In this document: piece after piece, positions 28,421 to 38,203 of the stretch
Layout: each line of letters opens with the position of its first letter
How positions within the stretch are numbered: the first letter of the stretch is position 1
Assembly: GCF_028368995.1 (NCBI RefSeq)
Contig: NZ_JAQNDL010000003.1
Span: 160,001 to 224,000 of the forward strand
DNA from: Nannocystis bainbridge
Lineage (GTDB): Bacteria > Myxococcota_A > Polyangia > Nannocystales > Nannocystaceae
DNA length: 64,000 nt
Reading direction: 5' to 3'
The notes under the pieces: generated by a model
Databases searched by the model: none
Told to the model about the DNA's origin: nothing
Seen by the model: only the letters and a program-made list of their open reading frames with translations
Made by a program: the position numbers and the translations under genes

Positions 28421-29533
28421 TCAGGCCGCGCCCTTGACCGGCGTCGTCGGGGCAGCCGCGGGGATCCCATAATACAGCCGCGCCGCCAGCCCGCCTTCCT
28501 CGGCGACGCGCTCGGCCGCCGCGCCGGCCACAAGCTCGATGCGCGCCCCCGCGGCCATCGCCAGCTCGGGCAGCCGCACCCGCAGGTCGACCTCGGCCAG
28601 CGGCCACGGCACCAGCAACAGCTCGACCTGCTTGTTCTTCAGGCAGTCGAGCACCGTGGCGATGCCGAGCGCCCCGCGGCCGCCGGCCTTGGCCAGGTCG
28701 ACCACCTCGTCCACCAGCGCGCTCTCGTACGCGCGCTCGTGCTCGAGCGCGTGCGGCATCAGGTGGTCCCACGTCGCCTGGTCGGTCAGGTGCAGCGGCG
28801 TCGGCACGATCGCGATCACGGCCTTGCGGACCGTGTCGTGCATGAGGCCCTCGACCGCCCGCGCCGCGCCATCCATCCCTGCGAGCACGATCCGCTTCGC
28901 ACCTGACTCTTCGAGCAGGTTCGCGCATTGCTCGGCGACCTGGCGGTAGAACCGGCGCGCATGATCCTCGATCGTCGCCTCGAAGGCGTCGCGGTTGCTG
29001 CCGCCCTGGGTGTAACCGCCCTCGCCGCGGCCGGTCGCCGGCAGGTATTTCGGCGGGAAGTCGTACTCGCGGACCTCGTTGTAGCGGGTCCCGCCGAGCC
29101 CGGCGCGGCCGAGCCGGGCGACGAAGAAGCGGACCTTCTCCGAGTCGACAAGGGCCACCACGTACGGCTCGTACTCGTCGAGCAGCCACAGCAGCGAGGC
29201 CACCGCCGGCCGCCCGAAGTGGACCTCCGGCGCCACGATCGGCACCTGCAGTCTCAGCACCTCCTCGCCGGTCGGGGTGAAGAACGCCGCCACCGCCTTG
29301 CACTCCGGCCGCAGCGTGGCGAAGAACTGTTCGGCCCGCGCCAGCAGCTCCGGCAGCGCCGGGTCGTCGGAACTCGCCTTCAGGTCGCGCAGCGAGTTCT
29401 TGACCAAAATCCGCCAGCCGGGCGTGCGGCCCTGATTCTCGAGCAGCGACGGGTCGACCTGGGCGTAGATCGAGAGCGTCTTGTCGGCCCCCGGTTGGCT
29501 GAGCACGCGATGGACATCGGTAATTTTGAGCAT
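28421..29533 (-). CDS. Bacterial aeRF1-like (baeRF/VLRF1-related) protein
   Basis: TLSIYAQVDP, HFGRPAVASLLWLLDEYEPYVVALVD, GGSNRDAF loop, RIVLAG, and an L7Ae-like C-domain (GALGIATVLDCLKNKQVELLLV...GGLAARLYY). Confidence 0.8.
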   Translation of the reverse strand: MLKITDVHRVLSQPGADKTLSIYAQVDPSLLENQGRTPGWRILVKNSLRDLKASSDDPALPELLARAEQFFATLRPECKAVAAFFTPTGEEVLRLQVPIVAPEVHFGRPAVASLLWLLDEYEPYVVALVDSEKVRFFVARLGRAGLGGTRYNEVREYDFPPKYLPATGRGEGGYTQGGSNRDAFEATIEDHARRFYRQVAEQCANLLEESGAKRIVLAGMDGAARAVEGLMHDTVRKAVIAIVPTPLHLTDQATWDHLMPHALEHERAYESALVDEVVDLAKAGGRGALGIATVLDCLKNKQVELLLVPWPLAEVDLRVRLPELAMAAGARIELVAGAAAERVAEEGGLAARLYYGIPAAAPTTPVKGAA

Positions 29534-29783
29534 GCAGACCTCGTTGCCGCGAAGTCTGGGCAATTGCCGCGCTCGTGCAAACGCCGGACGAGCTCTGCCG
29601 CCGCGATCGCACCGCCGCTCGCCAATGGTGGCAGGCGCAGCCGCGACGCCGGCGCCGGGGCGACGGGTGCGCTCGGTGCATGCCTCGGGATCGCCGGCGG
29701 CCGCCCGCTCTCACGAGCGCTGATATTCCGGACTACGCATTCGCCGATCGACGCGAGCGACCAGCGAGCCCGACCTTTGGCGA

Positions 29784-29820
29784 ATGTCCGTTCGGACATG
29801 TCTTACGAGACATGTCCCGA
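29784..29820. repeat. Chained palindromes ATGTCC-GTTC-GGACATGTCT-TACG-AGACATGTCCC (14-bp period)
   Basis: Two perfect overlapping 16-bp palindromes at 29784-29799 and 29798-29813. Confidence 0.85.
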
Positions 29821-29843
29821 GTCGCGTCTCGAGCCCCGCTCGC

Positions 29844-30596
29844 TCAGCGCTCCACCGGCCCGAGCACCTCGGCGAGGAACCCGTCGATCGCCTGCTGCGC
29901 GCGGCGGGCCGCGTCGGCGTCGTATTGCAGCCCGCGCTCGGGCATCTGCGCGCCGGGGAACGTGAAAGCGTGCATCGCGTGCCCGTACGCGTGAAGCTGC
30001 CAGTCGGCGCGCGCGGCCGTCAGCTCGCGGGCCAGCACCAGCACGTCCTCCGGCGGCGCCACCGGGTCCTCCCAGCCGTGCAGCACCAGGATCTTGGCGG
30101 TGATGCGCGGCTGCTCGGCGAAGCCCGGCGGCTTCAGCACCCCGTGGATCGACACCACCCCGCGGACCCCGCCTGCGTTGCAGCGGGCAGCGTCGAGGGC
30201 ACACAGGCCGCCGAAGCACCAGCCGATCACCACCAGCCGATCGGGGTCGACGAGCGGGTGCTGCCGGGCCGCCGCGACCCCGGCGACCAGACGATCGCGC
30301 AGGTGGCCGCGGTCGTTGAGCAGCGGCATCATCAGCCGCGCGTTGTCGCCGGTCTCCTCGCCGCGCACGCCCTTGCCATAGAGGTCGAGGGCGAACGCGA
30401 CGCGCCCCTGGGCCGCGAATTCCTCGGCGCGGGCGCGGATCGATCCGTTCTGCCCGTCCCACGCGTGGGCCAGCACGACGCACGGCCGCGGCCGCCCGGT
30501 CGCGCCGTCGTGGGCGACGTAGGCCTCGCCCACGACATCACCGGCGGGGTAATCGACGAATTCGGTGATGAGCGGGCGGCTCGCGGCGGCGGTCAT
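29844..30596 (-). CDS. Dienelactone hydrolase family protein
   Basis: GWCFGG nucleophile motif, LHGWEDP, YGHAMHAFT. Confidence 0.92.
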   Translation of the reverse strand: MTAAASRPLITEFVDYPAGDVVGEAYVAHDGATGRPRPCVVLAHAWDGQNGSIRARAEEFAAQGRVAFALDLYGKGVRGEETGDNARLMMPLLNDRGHLRDRLVAGVAAARQHPLVDPDRLVVIGWCFGGLCALDAARCNAGGVRGVVSIHGVLKPPGFAEQPRITAKILVLHGWEDPVAPPEDVLVLARELTAARADWQLHAYGHAMHAFTFPGAQMPERGLQYDADAARRAQQAIDGFLAEVLGPVER

Positions 30597-30649
30597 CGGT
30601 GACAATTGATTCGCACGAGCGGCCGTCCTCGACAAGCCCCCGCGCCGCC

Positions 30650-32083
30650 TCACGGCCCGCGCCGGTCCGCGTTCGCCGGCGGGAACGTCGCCAGCGACGC
30701 CGGCCGCGCCGCCTGCAGCCGGACCGCCGTCGCCTCGGCCGCCCGCAGCACGCGGAGCAGGTTGCGCCCGGCGAGCTTCTCCAGCTCCGCGTCGGTCCAC
30801 CCGCGACGGGCCAGCTCGGCCAGCAAATGCGGGTACTTCGAGACGTCCTCGAGGCCGACCGGCGCCGCCGACATGCCGTCGAAATCGCCGCCCAGCCCGA
30901 CGTGGTCGACGCCCGCCACCCGCCGCACGTGCTCGACGTGATCGGCGACCTGCGCCAGCGTCGCCCGCGGCTGCGGCTCGGCGTCGATCTCGGCCAGACG
31001 CAGGGCCCGGGCCGCGAGATCGCCGATCTTGGCCGCCTCGGCCCGCGCCTTCCGCCGGGCTTCGCGGGCCTCCCCGGCCGCCTGCGACACGTAGGCCGGC
31101 AGGAAGGTGACCATCACGATGCCACCATTGTCGGGGATCCGCCGCAACACGTCGTCAGGCACGTTGCGCGGCGTGTCGGCGATCGCCCGCGCCGACGAGT
31201 GGGAGAAGATGAGCGGCGCCTCGCTGACCCGCAGCGCGTCGTCCATGGTCGCCGGCGATACGTGCGAGAGGTCGACCAGCATGCCGAGCCGGTTCATCTC
31301 GCGCACGACCTCCTCGCCGAACGGGGTCAGGCCGCCGTGACGCGGCGGCAGCACGGCGCAGTCGGCCCAGTCGGTATGCACATTGTGGGTCAGCGTCAGG
31401 TAACGGACCCCGAGCGCGTGATAGGCCCGTAGCGTCCCCAGCGAATTGACGAGCGTGTGCCCGCCCTCGGCCCCGAGCAGCGACGCCACCCGCCCGGCGC
31501 GGAACGCCTGCTCGACCTCGTCGGCGGTCAGCGCCAGCGCGAGATCGTCAGGATAATGCGCGATCATCCGCCGGGCCAGATCGATCTGCTCGAGCTGCAG
31601 GCGCACGAGATCGCCGGCAGGCCGATCACCGGGCACGTACACCGACCAGAACTGCGCGCCGACCCGCCCCGCGCGCAGCCGCGGCAGATCGGTGTGACCG
31701 GGAGTGGCCGCGCGCAGGTCGTAGGCCGCCACGTCGCCGGGCGCCTGCTTGTATTCGCGGATCGTCCACGGCAAATCGTTGTGGCCGTCGATCAGCGGCA
31801 CGCGGGCGAGCACCGCGTGGGCTCGTCCCAGCGGATCGTCCGCCAGCGCCGGATCGTTCGCCGACGCCGAATCAGCCGAATCCGATGAATCGCGGGTGGG
31901 GTCCGGCGCCGCCGCGCGCGGCGATTCAGGCCCCGCGATCGCGGTCGCCAGCCCAGCGCCCGGCAATGGCTCGGACACAGGCGCGGCGCGTCGCTCGGGC
32001 TCGGCCGGCGACGCGCACGCGAATGCGAAGAGAGCGAAGGTCGTCGCGCACGCTGAGAGAGACGGCCGCCGGCTCGTGGTCAC
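30650..32083 (-). CDS. Membrane dipeptidase (peptidase M19) lipoprotein
   Basis: Lipobox FAFAC, IDGHNDLPW, GAQFWSVY, EGGH, DLSHVS, FSHSS, GGDFDG. Confidence 0.95.
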   Translation of the reverse strand: MTTSRRPSLSACATTFALFAFACASPAEPERRAAPVSEPLPGAGLATAIAGPESPRAAAPDPTRDSSDSADSASANDPALADDPLGRAHAVLARVPLIDGHNDLPWTIREYKQAPGDVAAYDLRAATPGHTDLPRLRAGRVGAQFWSVYVPGDRPAGDLVRLQLEQIDLARRMIAHYPDDLALALTADEVEQAFRAGRVASLLGAEGGHTLVNSLGTLRAYHALGVRYLTLTHNVHTDWADCAVLPPRHGGLTPFGEEVVREMNRLGMLVDLSHVSPATMDDALRVSEAPLIFSHSSARAIADTPRNVPDDVLRRIPDNGGIVMVTFLPAYVSQAAGEAREARRKARAEAAKIGDLAARALRLAEIDAEPQPRATLAQVADHVEHVRRVAGVDHVGLGGDFDGMSAAPVGLEDVSKYPHLLAELARRGWTDAELEKLAGRNLLRVLRAAEATAVRLQAARPASLATFPPANADRRGP

Positions 32084-32214
32084 CCCGCGACTCTATCACG
32101 GGCGCTCCTCCGGTTCCGCTCGCCGCTCGGGGCGCCGCATCGACCCTGAACGCTCCTCGTCGGAGAGCGGCGATTGCTGGCAATCGCGGCCGCGCCCCGA
32201 CGAGCCCCCGCGAT

Positions 32215-32526
32215 TTACAGCGGCGGCGGCGTGGGCGAAGGCGCCGGCGACGGGCCGGGCGGCTGCGGCGCCGGCGACGGGTTCGGAGGCGGCTGCGGCT
32301 GCGGCTGCGGCGGCTTCGGAGCCGGCGGCGGCGGATTGGGGTTCGGGTTCGGGTTCGGATTGGGGGTCGGCGTCGGCGACGGCGTGGGGTTGGGCGTCGG
32401 CGACGGCGCCGGCGGGCTCGGCTGCATCGCGTCGGCCGAGACCGCTGCCTCGGCCTCCGGCGCCGCGACAGCGACCAGCGTCAGCGCGGCGATCGCCGCC
32501 GCAGCGGACTTGAGCATGCGGGTCAT
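32215..32526 (-). CDS. Small secreted Pro-rich low-complexity protein
   Basis: Signal peptide MTRMLKSAAAAIAALTLVAVAAPEAEA followed only by PS/PT/PN/PQ repeats. Confidence 0.7.
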   Translation of the reverse strand: MTRMLKSAAAAIAALTLVAVAAPEAEAAVSADAMQPSPPAPSPTPNPTPSPTPTPNPNPNPNPNPPPPAPKPPQPQPQPPPNPSPAPQPPGPSPAPSPTPPPL

Positions 32527-33009
32527 GATGCGTTCTTTCATGCATCGACCGTAGGCAACCTCCCATCACCCGTCCAGCGGCGCGGCGGCCATGCCTGCAC
32601 TCCTCACATTCACCGGCGGCGCGCATCTATCGCCGGAGCCGCCCTACCAGCGAGGCCAAGCACGCCGATCGCCGCCCAGGGGCCCCTCGCGCCGAGAAAG
32701 TGGCGGCGCGAGAAGCCTCGCTCGCGGATCGCCGCGGCGTTGCATGCTCTCGCGCCCGCACGGGTCGCGAGCACCGCGCTGCTCGCGCGAGCCGCCCTTG
32801 CACCGATTCCACACCTGCGATTCGCAATCCTCGCAGCCGGTGATCGCGGGCCGCGACAATCGCCTGAGTGCGCTTCTCACCTGACCTTCGCGCCAGGTTT
32901 GAATCATCGCGGCGACGCTGCCGGACCCAGCCCTGACCTCTCACCTGCGCTTCTCACGCGATCTCCTCAGGGCCGCGCAGATCCCCCTCTACGGCCCCCA
33001 GACAAATAC

Positions 33010-33025
33010 TAAAGTTTTAACTTTA
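33010..33025. promoter_or_regulatory. Candidate ArsR-family operator TAAAGTT-TT-AACTTTA
   Basis: AT-rich perfect inverted repeat 32 bp upstream of the ArsR ATG. Confidence 0.65.
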
Positions 33026-33057
33026 CTTTCTGGCGGCCGCCTCGCATCCTCCACTGC

Positions 33058-33438
33058 ATGCTCGATCCAGGCGCTGTCGACCGGGTGTTTCATGCGCTCG
33101 CGGACCCGACCCGGCGCGCTCTGGTCGAGCGGCTCGGCCGGGGCCCGGCGTCGGTCAAGGAGTTGGCCGCGCCGTTGCCCATGAGCCTCGCGGCGGTCGT
33201 GCAGCACGTCCAGGTGCTCGAGCAGAGCGGCGTCATCCGCACCGAGAAGATCGGGCGGGTCCGCAGCTGTCGCCTCGACCCGACCGGGCTGGACGTCGCC
33301 GGGCGGTGGATCGCGGAGCGTCGCGCCCTGTGGGAGCGCCGCCTCGATCGCCTGGGCGACCTGCTGGCCGAGCCCGATTCGCCCTGTGAGCAGCGAGCGC
33401 AGCCCCACGACCCCAACACCACGGAGGAACAGTCATGA
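33058..33438 (+). CDS. ArsR/SmtB family regulator
   Basis: VFHALADPTRRALVERL...SLAAVVQHVQVLEQSG..KIGRVR. Confidence 0.93.
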   Translation: MLDPGAVDRVFHALADPTRRALVERLGRGPASVKELAAPLPMSLAAVVQHVQVLEQSGVIRTEKIGRVRSCRLDPTGLDVAGRWIAERRALWERRLDRLGDLLAEPDSPCEQRAQPHDPNTTEEQS

Positions 33439-33902
33439 CCCCGGAGTCCGTCGTCCACAGCACCATCATCGTCGAGCGCACCTACCCCGTCCCGCCCGAG
33501 CGCGTCTTCGCGGCCTGGGCCGACCCCCGGCAGAAGCAGCGGTGGTTCGCCGACGGCGAGGAGGGCAGCGTGCTGCAATTCGACATGGACTTCCGCGAAG
33601 GCGGCCGCGAGACCGCCCGCTTCCGCAACGGGCCCGACGGCCCCGAGTTCCGCAACGACGGTCATTATCAGGACATCGTGCCCGATCGGCGGATCGTCAT
33701 CGCCTATACCATGAGCAGCGGCGCGAAGCGGTTCTCCGCCTCGCTCGGCACCGTCGAGCTGCGGCCGCAGGCCGGCGGCACCCGGCTCGTCTACACCGAG
33801 CAGGCCGCCTTCTTCGAGGGCGCCGACGGCCCGCGCATGCGCGAGCAGGGCTGGCGCCAGCTGTTCGAGCGGCTCGCCGGCAAGCTCGACGCCCCGCGCT
33901 GA
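33435..33902 (+). CDS. SRPBCC/AHSA1 family protein
   Basis: ERTYPVPPERVFAAWADP...DFREGGRE...YQDIVPDRRIV...EQGW. ATGA overlap with the ArsR gene. Confidence 0.92.
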   Translation: MTPESVVHSTIIVERTYPVPPERVFAAWADPRQKQRWFADGEEGSVLQFDMDFREGGRETARFRNGPDGPEFRNDGHYQDIVPDRRIVIAYTMSSGAKRFSASLGTVELRPQAGGTRLVYTEQAAFFEGADGPRMREQGWRQLFERLAGKLDAPR

Positions 33903-33935
33903 GCTCGGCGGCGGCCTCGCGCATTCCGCCGGCGA

Positions 33936-35255
33936 TCAGCGCAGCGGCAATCGCAGCACCTGCACCGGCGACAGCCGCTCGTGCGGGAAGATCTGCCCGC
34001 CCGCGAAGCTGCGCAGCTGCGAGTTGGCGATATAGACCAGAGAATCGCCGTCCAGCACCCCCGTCGTCGGGATGTGAAAATCGGGGTGTCCCGCCTCGAG
34101 CACCCGCGCCGCGACGATCCGGTCCAGGCCCGCGGCCAGCGTCAATTGCACGATCCGCCCCCCGCCCGCGCTGTTGTCGATCCCGACCAGCGCGCCGCGG
34201 TGAAAATCCAGCCCGTCGAAACCGTGCGTCGCCACCCCGCGCGGGTGCGGCAGCGTGTGCAGCCGGCGAGTCGCCAGCGGGATCGCCGTCAACCCGCGCA
34301 CGAAGTCGGCCACGAACAGGACGCCCCCGTCGTCCGACAGCGCGATCCCGTTGGGGTACGCGAATTCGCCGGCGGGGGCGACGACCTCGAATTGCGCGCC
34401 CGGCCCCGGTCGCAATCGCAACACCTCGCCCGCCTCGCTGTCGGTCAGGTACAGCGCGCCGTCGGCCGCGATCACCAGATCGTTGAGCAAATGTCGGCCC
34501 GGCGATTCGCGCGGGTAACGGGCCCGCGATCGACCGGTCGACGGATCGAGCTCGTGCAGGGCCGCCCGCCCGCGATGCTCGGCCTCGACGAAGCCCTGCA
34601 TCTCCGGCAGGCCGGCGCTGGCCACCCACAGCGATCCGCGGCGCCGATCGAACTTCATGCCCAGCGGGCTATAGAGCCCGTTCGTGGCGTCGGCGACGGC
34701 GAGGTCGCGGGCCGCCCCGCCGCGCTCGACCGCCACGATCTTGCGCTTGTGAATGCTGCCGACGAAGAACGTGCCGGCGCCCGGGTCGTGGGCGATACCC
34801 TCGGGGATCAGCGCGCGGTCTGCCAGCGTGAATGCGCGGACGCTGGGCGAGGCCGGCAGGCGCGCGCGCGCGGCCGCGGCCAGGCGCTCCAGCGCGGGGC
34901 CGACGAGCCCCGGAAAGTCATGCGCCTGCGGCACGAGCAGGCTGCCCGCCGCGTCGAGCCGGCCCAGCACCGCGAGCGCCTCCTGCTCGCGCCCCGCGGC
35001 CGCCAGCACCGCCGCCCGCAGGTACTCGAGCGCCGGATCGCCGACATCGATCGCCGCCGCCGCGTCGAGCGCGACCAGCCCCGCCGCGAATTCCTGGCGC
35101 CCGAGCGCGGCCCCGAGCTGGCCGTACGCGGCCGTCAGCGCGCCCATCTCGGCCTCCGAGAGCCTCGCCGCGGCCGGCTCGCCCGCCGGCGCCGCCGGCT
35201 CGCCACGGGGCGTGCAGGCGGTCGCAAGGATGGCCAGCAGCAGCAGTCGTCGCAT
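33936..35255 (-). CDS. SMP-30/gluconolactonase-like beta-propeller lipoprotein with N-terminal TPR-like helices
   Basis: Lipobox LATAC, PEGIAHDP, LNDLVIAADGALYLTDS, YPNGIALS, FDGL, PTTG. Confidence 0.8.
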   Translation of the reverse strand: MRRLLLLAILATACTPRGEPAAPAGEPAAARLSEAEMGALTAAYGQLGAALGRQEFAAGLVALDAAAAIDVGDPALEYLRAAVLAAAGREQEALAVLGRLDAAGSLLVPQAHDFPGLVGPALERLAAAARARLPASPSVRAFTLADRALIPEGIAHDPGAGTFFVGSIHKRKIVAVERGGAARDLAVADATNGLYSPLGMKFDRRRGSLWVASAGLPEMQGFVEAEHRGRAALHELDPSTGRSRARYPRESPGRHLLNDLVIAADGALYLTDSEAGEVLRLRPGPGAQFEVVAPAGEFAYPNGIALSDDGGVLFVADFVRGLTAIPLATRRLHTLPHPRGVATHGFDGLDFHRGALVGIDNSAGGGRIVQLTLAAGLDRIVAARVLEAGHPDFHIPTTGVLDGDSLVYIANSQLRSFAGGQIFPHERLSPVQVLRLPLR

Positions 35256-35592
35256 CCCCGCGACCCTATCCGAACTCGCGCGCCGCCTCGACCGCGGTGC
35301 AGCGCGCGGGCGCCCGCCCGTGACCGGCCGGGCACGATCGGTGACGCAGGTCGGTGATCGTCCCGCACGTCCCGCGGCACTTCAAGAGCGGGGCACGCCG
35401 CACGCAACCGGGTGATGGTCGCTGCAATTCTTGCCGGAGGGGCCCCGCCTTCTGCGTCGGGCCGTATGGCCGGGCCGACGACGCCAGGTCGAGGCGAGCA
35501 GCACGGCGCCTGCTCGTCGCATTCGAGGTCCTCATAAAAACGACCTCGGAGGACGACGGGAACGATACCAAGCGCCACTGTATAGACGTCGG

Positions 35593-36843
35593 ATGGGCTC
35601 TCTCGCAAAACCAGTATGTTCCCCGCTACCCTGGGCCGCGGTCGCCTTTATGTTCGCCGCAGGGGCGACGCCGGGCCCGGCCGGGGCCGATGTCGCCGGT
35701 CCGCCCGGTCCGAGCCGCGTCCTCGACGGATTTGAGGTCGAACCGTGCGCCTGGCCCTCGGCCGTCTATCTCCCGGATTCGAGCGGATTCTGCAGCGGCG
35801 TCCACATCGGCGGGCGGATCGTGCTCACCGAGGCCCATTGCCTCGAGGACACCTACGAGACCGAAGTTTCATGCCAGGAGAACGCCGATTGCCCCGAGCA
35901 GGACGCGTTCGGCAACCCCCTGGCGCTGAGCTGCGAGGACCTCGGCGGCGGTGAGGGCGTCTGCCGCGACACCGCCTCGCTGATCGTCAATTCCCTGCCG
36001 TCGGTCCTGTTCGGCGAGTCCTACCCGAACCACGACGGCCACCCGCGCCGCACGATCCCCGTCGAGTACTGCCGCCAGCGAGAGGTCGGAAAAAAGCCCG
36101 CTTTCGACTTCGCTTATTGTGTGCTGAGCGAAGACCCCGCGGTCCAGCCAGTGCCGATGATGATGCACTGCGAGGCCGACCAGTTTTTGACAAAGGGCGC
36201 GCCGCTGGTCGCCATCGGCTTCGGCAGCGAGGACCTCGACGACAAGCCGCCGCCGAAGGGCACCAAGCGCTTCCTCCTCTCGTCGCTGAAGTTCGACGCC
36301 TCGTCGATCGGCAACATCTCCCATACGCCGTGGATCGGCGCCGGTGACGCGCCGGGGCTGGCGGAGGGCGACTCCGGTGGGCCGCTGTTCGTGCAGCTGC
36401 CCGACAAGACGTGGCGGCTCGTGGGCCTGGCCGAGACGGCGATCTCGCACACGCACGTGTGGATGCACGTCGCTTGGATGCTCGAGGACCCGCACGTCGT
36501 CGCCGAGCAGAGCAAGATCTTGCCGTGCCACACGGCGGACGGGAAATGGGCGCCCACGCCGTCCTGCGGGCAGTTCCCGCTGGCCCCCGACCTCCCCCAG
36601 GGCGACTGGACCCGCGGCGCCTTCGCCTGCCATCACCCCGAGGTCAGCGGCCCGAGCACCACCTGCGGTCAGCCTTTCTCGTCGCTCGCCGCGCAAGACC
36701 TGCCGCCGGGGTCCATGGACGATCGCACGGAGGTCTCTGCATCGCCGGATCGCAGCAATCAAAAAATCGCGCTGCTTGGCCCCCTGCTGGCCGGAGGCCT
36801 CGGCCTGTGGGCCTCGCAGCGGCGGAGGAACCGTCATGACTGA
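35593..36843 (+). CDS. Secreted S1 (trypsin-fold) serine protease with C-terminal membrane anchor
   Basis: CSGVHIGGRIVLTEAHC, DFAYC, GDSGGPL, then a C-terminal hydrophobic helix and RRR. Confidence 0.85.
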   Translation: MGSLAKPVCSPLPWAAVAFMFAAGATPGPAGADVAGPPGPSRVLDGFEVEPCAWPSAVYLPDSSGFCSGVHIGGRIVLTEAHCLEDTYETEVSCQENADCPEQDAFGNPLALSCEDLGGGEGVCRDTASLIVNSLPSVLFGESYPNHDGHPRRTIPVEYCRQREVGKKPAFDFAYCVLSEDPAVQPVPMMMHCEADQFLTKGAPLVAIGFGSEDLDDKPPPKGTKRFLLSSLKFDASSIGNISHTPWIGAGDAPGLAEGDSGGPLFVQLPDKTWRLVGLAETAISHTHVWMHVAWMLEDPHVVAEQSKILPCHTADGKWAPTPSCGQFPLAPDLPQGDWTRGAFACHHPEVSGPSTTCGQPFSSLAAQDLPPGSMDDRTEVSASPDRSNQKIALLGPLLAGGLGLWASQRRRNRHD

Positions 36844-38200
36844 ACATCGTCTCGCTGCGATCGCACTCGGCGTTCTCGCGGCCTGCTCGCCCGGCGGCGG
36901 TGACGACGGCTCGGCCACGGCCGGTGATACCGCGTTCACGACCACCGGCGAACCAGTGGAGACCTTCCCGACCGAAGGCAGCGCCTCCGACTCCGGCTTC
37001 AACCCCGATTTCCGCCGCGTGCTCGGCGGCACCACCGTCGAGTCCGCCTATACGCGGGTCCGGGTCGGTCAGCTCGATCGCGTCGATGCGACCGGCTGCT
37101 GCGCCGACTATGTGCTCGCGGGGCCGGCCCAGAACCACGTAAAGATCCTCTTCGGCGCGCCCTCCCGCGGCCTGTTGTTCCTCGCGGACACCCCCGATCA
37201 GGCGTTCACCATGGGCCCGGCGACCGTCGGCATCGACGACATCGTGGTCGGCGATTTTGATGCCGACGGCCGCGAGGACGTGCTCGCGCTCCGCAGCGAC
37301 GGGATCGTCGGCATTCGCCGCGGCGTGGGCGTCGCCGCGCCGGCCCTCGTGCTCTCCGAGCAGCTGATCGAGGTCCCGCTGACGACCAAGCACACCCGGG
37401 GCCGCCGCTCGCTTGCGCTCGCCGACCTCGACTGTCTCGGCAAGCCCGACCTCGTCGCCGTCTCGCCCGCGGACGACCACGTGGTGTACGCTCTGGCGGT
37501 GCCTGGTGATGTGTTCAGCCCCGCGCAAGTCCATGCGACCGGCGCCGGCACGGCCCCGCAGCAGCTCGCTGTCGGCGACGTCGACGGGGACGGCGACAAC
37601 GACATCATCACCGGCAACAGCCACGGCTCGGCCTCGGTCCTGCGCAACGAATGCGCCGGCGCCTTCGCGCCCGCCGTCGAGTTCCCCCTCTTCACAAAAC
37701 CGTTCGACACGCCCGGCATGCAGGTCGCCATCGGTCGCATGTGCATCGGCGAGACGACCTCGCATTGGCCGGCCATCGCCCTCGGCCACGCCGACCAGGT
37801 CTTCATCCTCTGCGGCAACAGCAAGGGCACCTTCGACGCGATCGACGAGGAGCCGTCGGCCGCGTTCGGCGTGCCCGTCGACTACATCATGGACAGCAAC
37901 GAGAAAGGTACCGATGACGGCGCCACGGTGTTCCAGCTGCAGTACTGGGAGCCGACGCTCAGCCTGCACGTGCTGTGGTCGGGGCAACAAGAGGTCGTGC
38001 GCTTCGTCGCCTCGCCCCTGGCAGGATCCGTCGGCCCCGGGGTGCCGGTCGCAGATCTCGCAGGCCGGGACTTCATCATGGGCGAGGGCCACAAGTCCTT
38101 CGCGCTCCATCGCAGCCAGGCAGCGGCCGGTTTACAGTGGACACATATCGTACGACTCGTGCAAGGCAGTTCCTTGACCGACATCGGTTTTGCGAGGTGA
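36836..38200 (+). CDS. FG-GAP/VCBS repeat lipoprotein
   Basis: RBS GGAGG, lipobox VLAAC, GDFDADGREDV, ADLDCLGKPDL, GDVDGDGDNDI. Overlaps the protease stop. Confidence 0.85.
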   Translation: MTEHRLAAIALGVLAACSPGGGDDGSATAGDTAFTTTGEPVETFPTEGSASDSGFNPDFRRVLGGTTVESAYTRVRVGQLDRVDATGCCADYVLAGPAQNHVKILFGAPSRGLLFLADTPDQAFTMGPATVGIDDIVVGDFDADGREDVLALRSDGIVGIRRGVGVAAPALVLSEQLIEVPLTTKHTRGRRSLALADLDCLGKPDLVAVSPADDHVVYALAVPGDVFSPAQVHATGAGTAPQQLAVGDVDGDGDNDIITGNSHGSASVLRNECAGAFAPAVEFPLFTKPFDTPGMQVAIGRMCIGETTSHWPAIALGHADQVFILCGNSKGTFDAIDEEPSAAFGVPVDYIMDSNEKGTDDGATVFQLQYWEPTLSLHVLWSGQQEVVRFVASPLAGSVGPGVPVADLAGRDFIMGEGHKSFALHRSQAAAGLQWTHIVRLVQGSSLTDIGFAR

Positions 38201-38203
38201 AAC

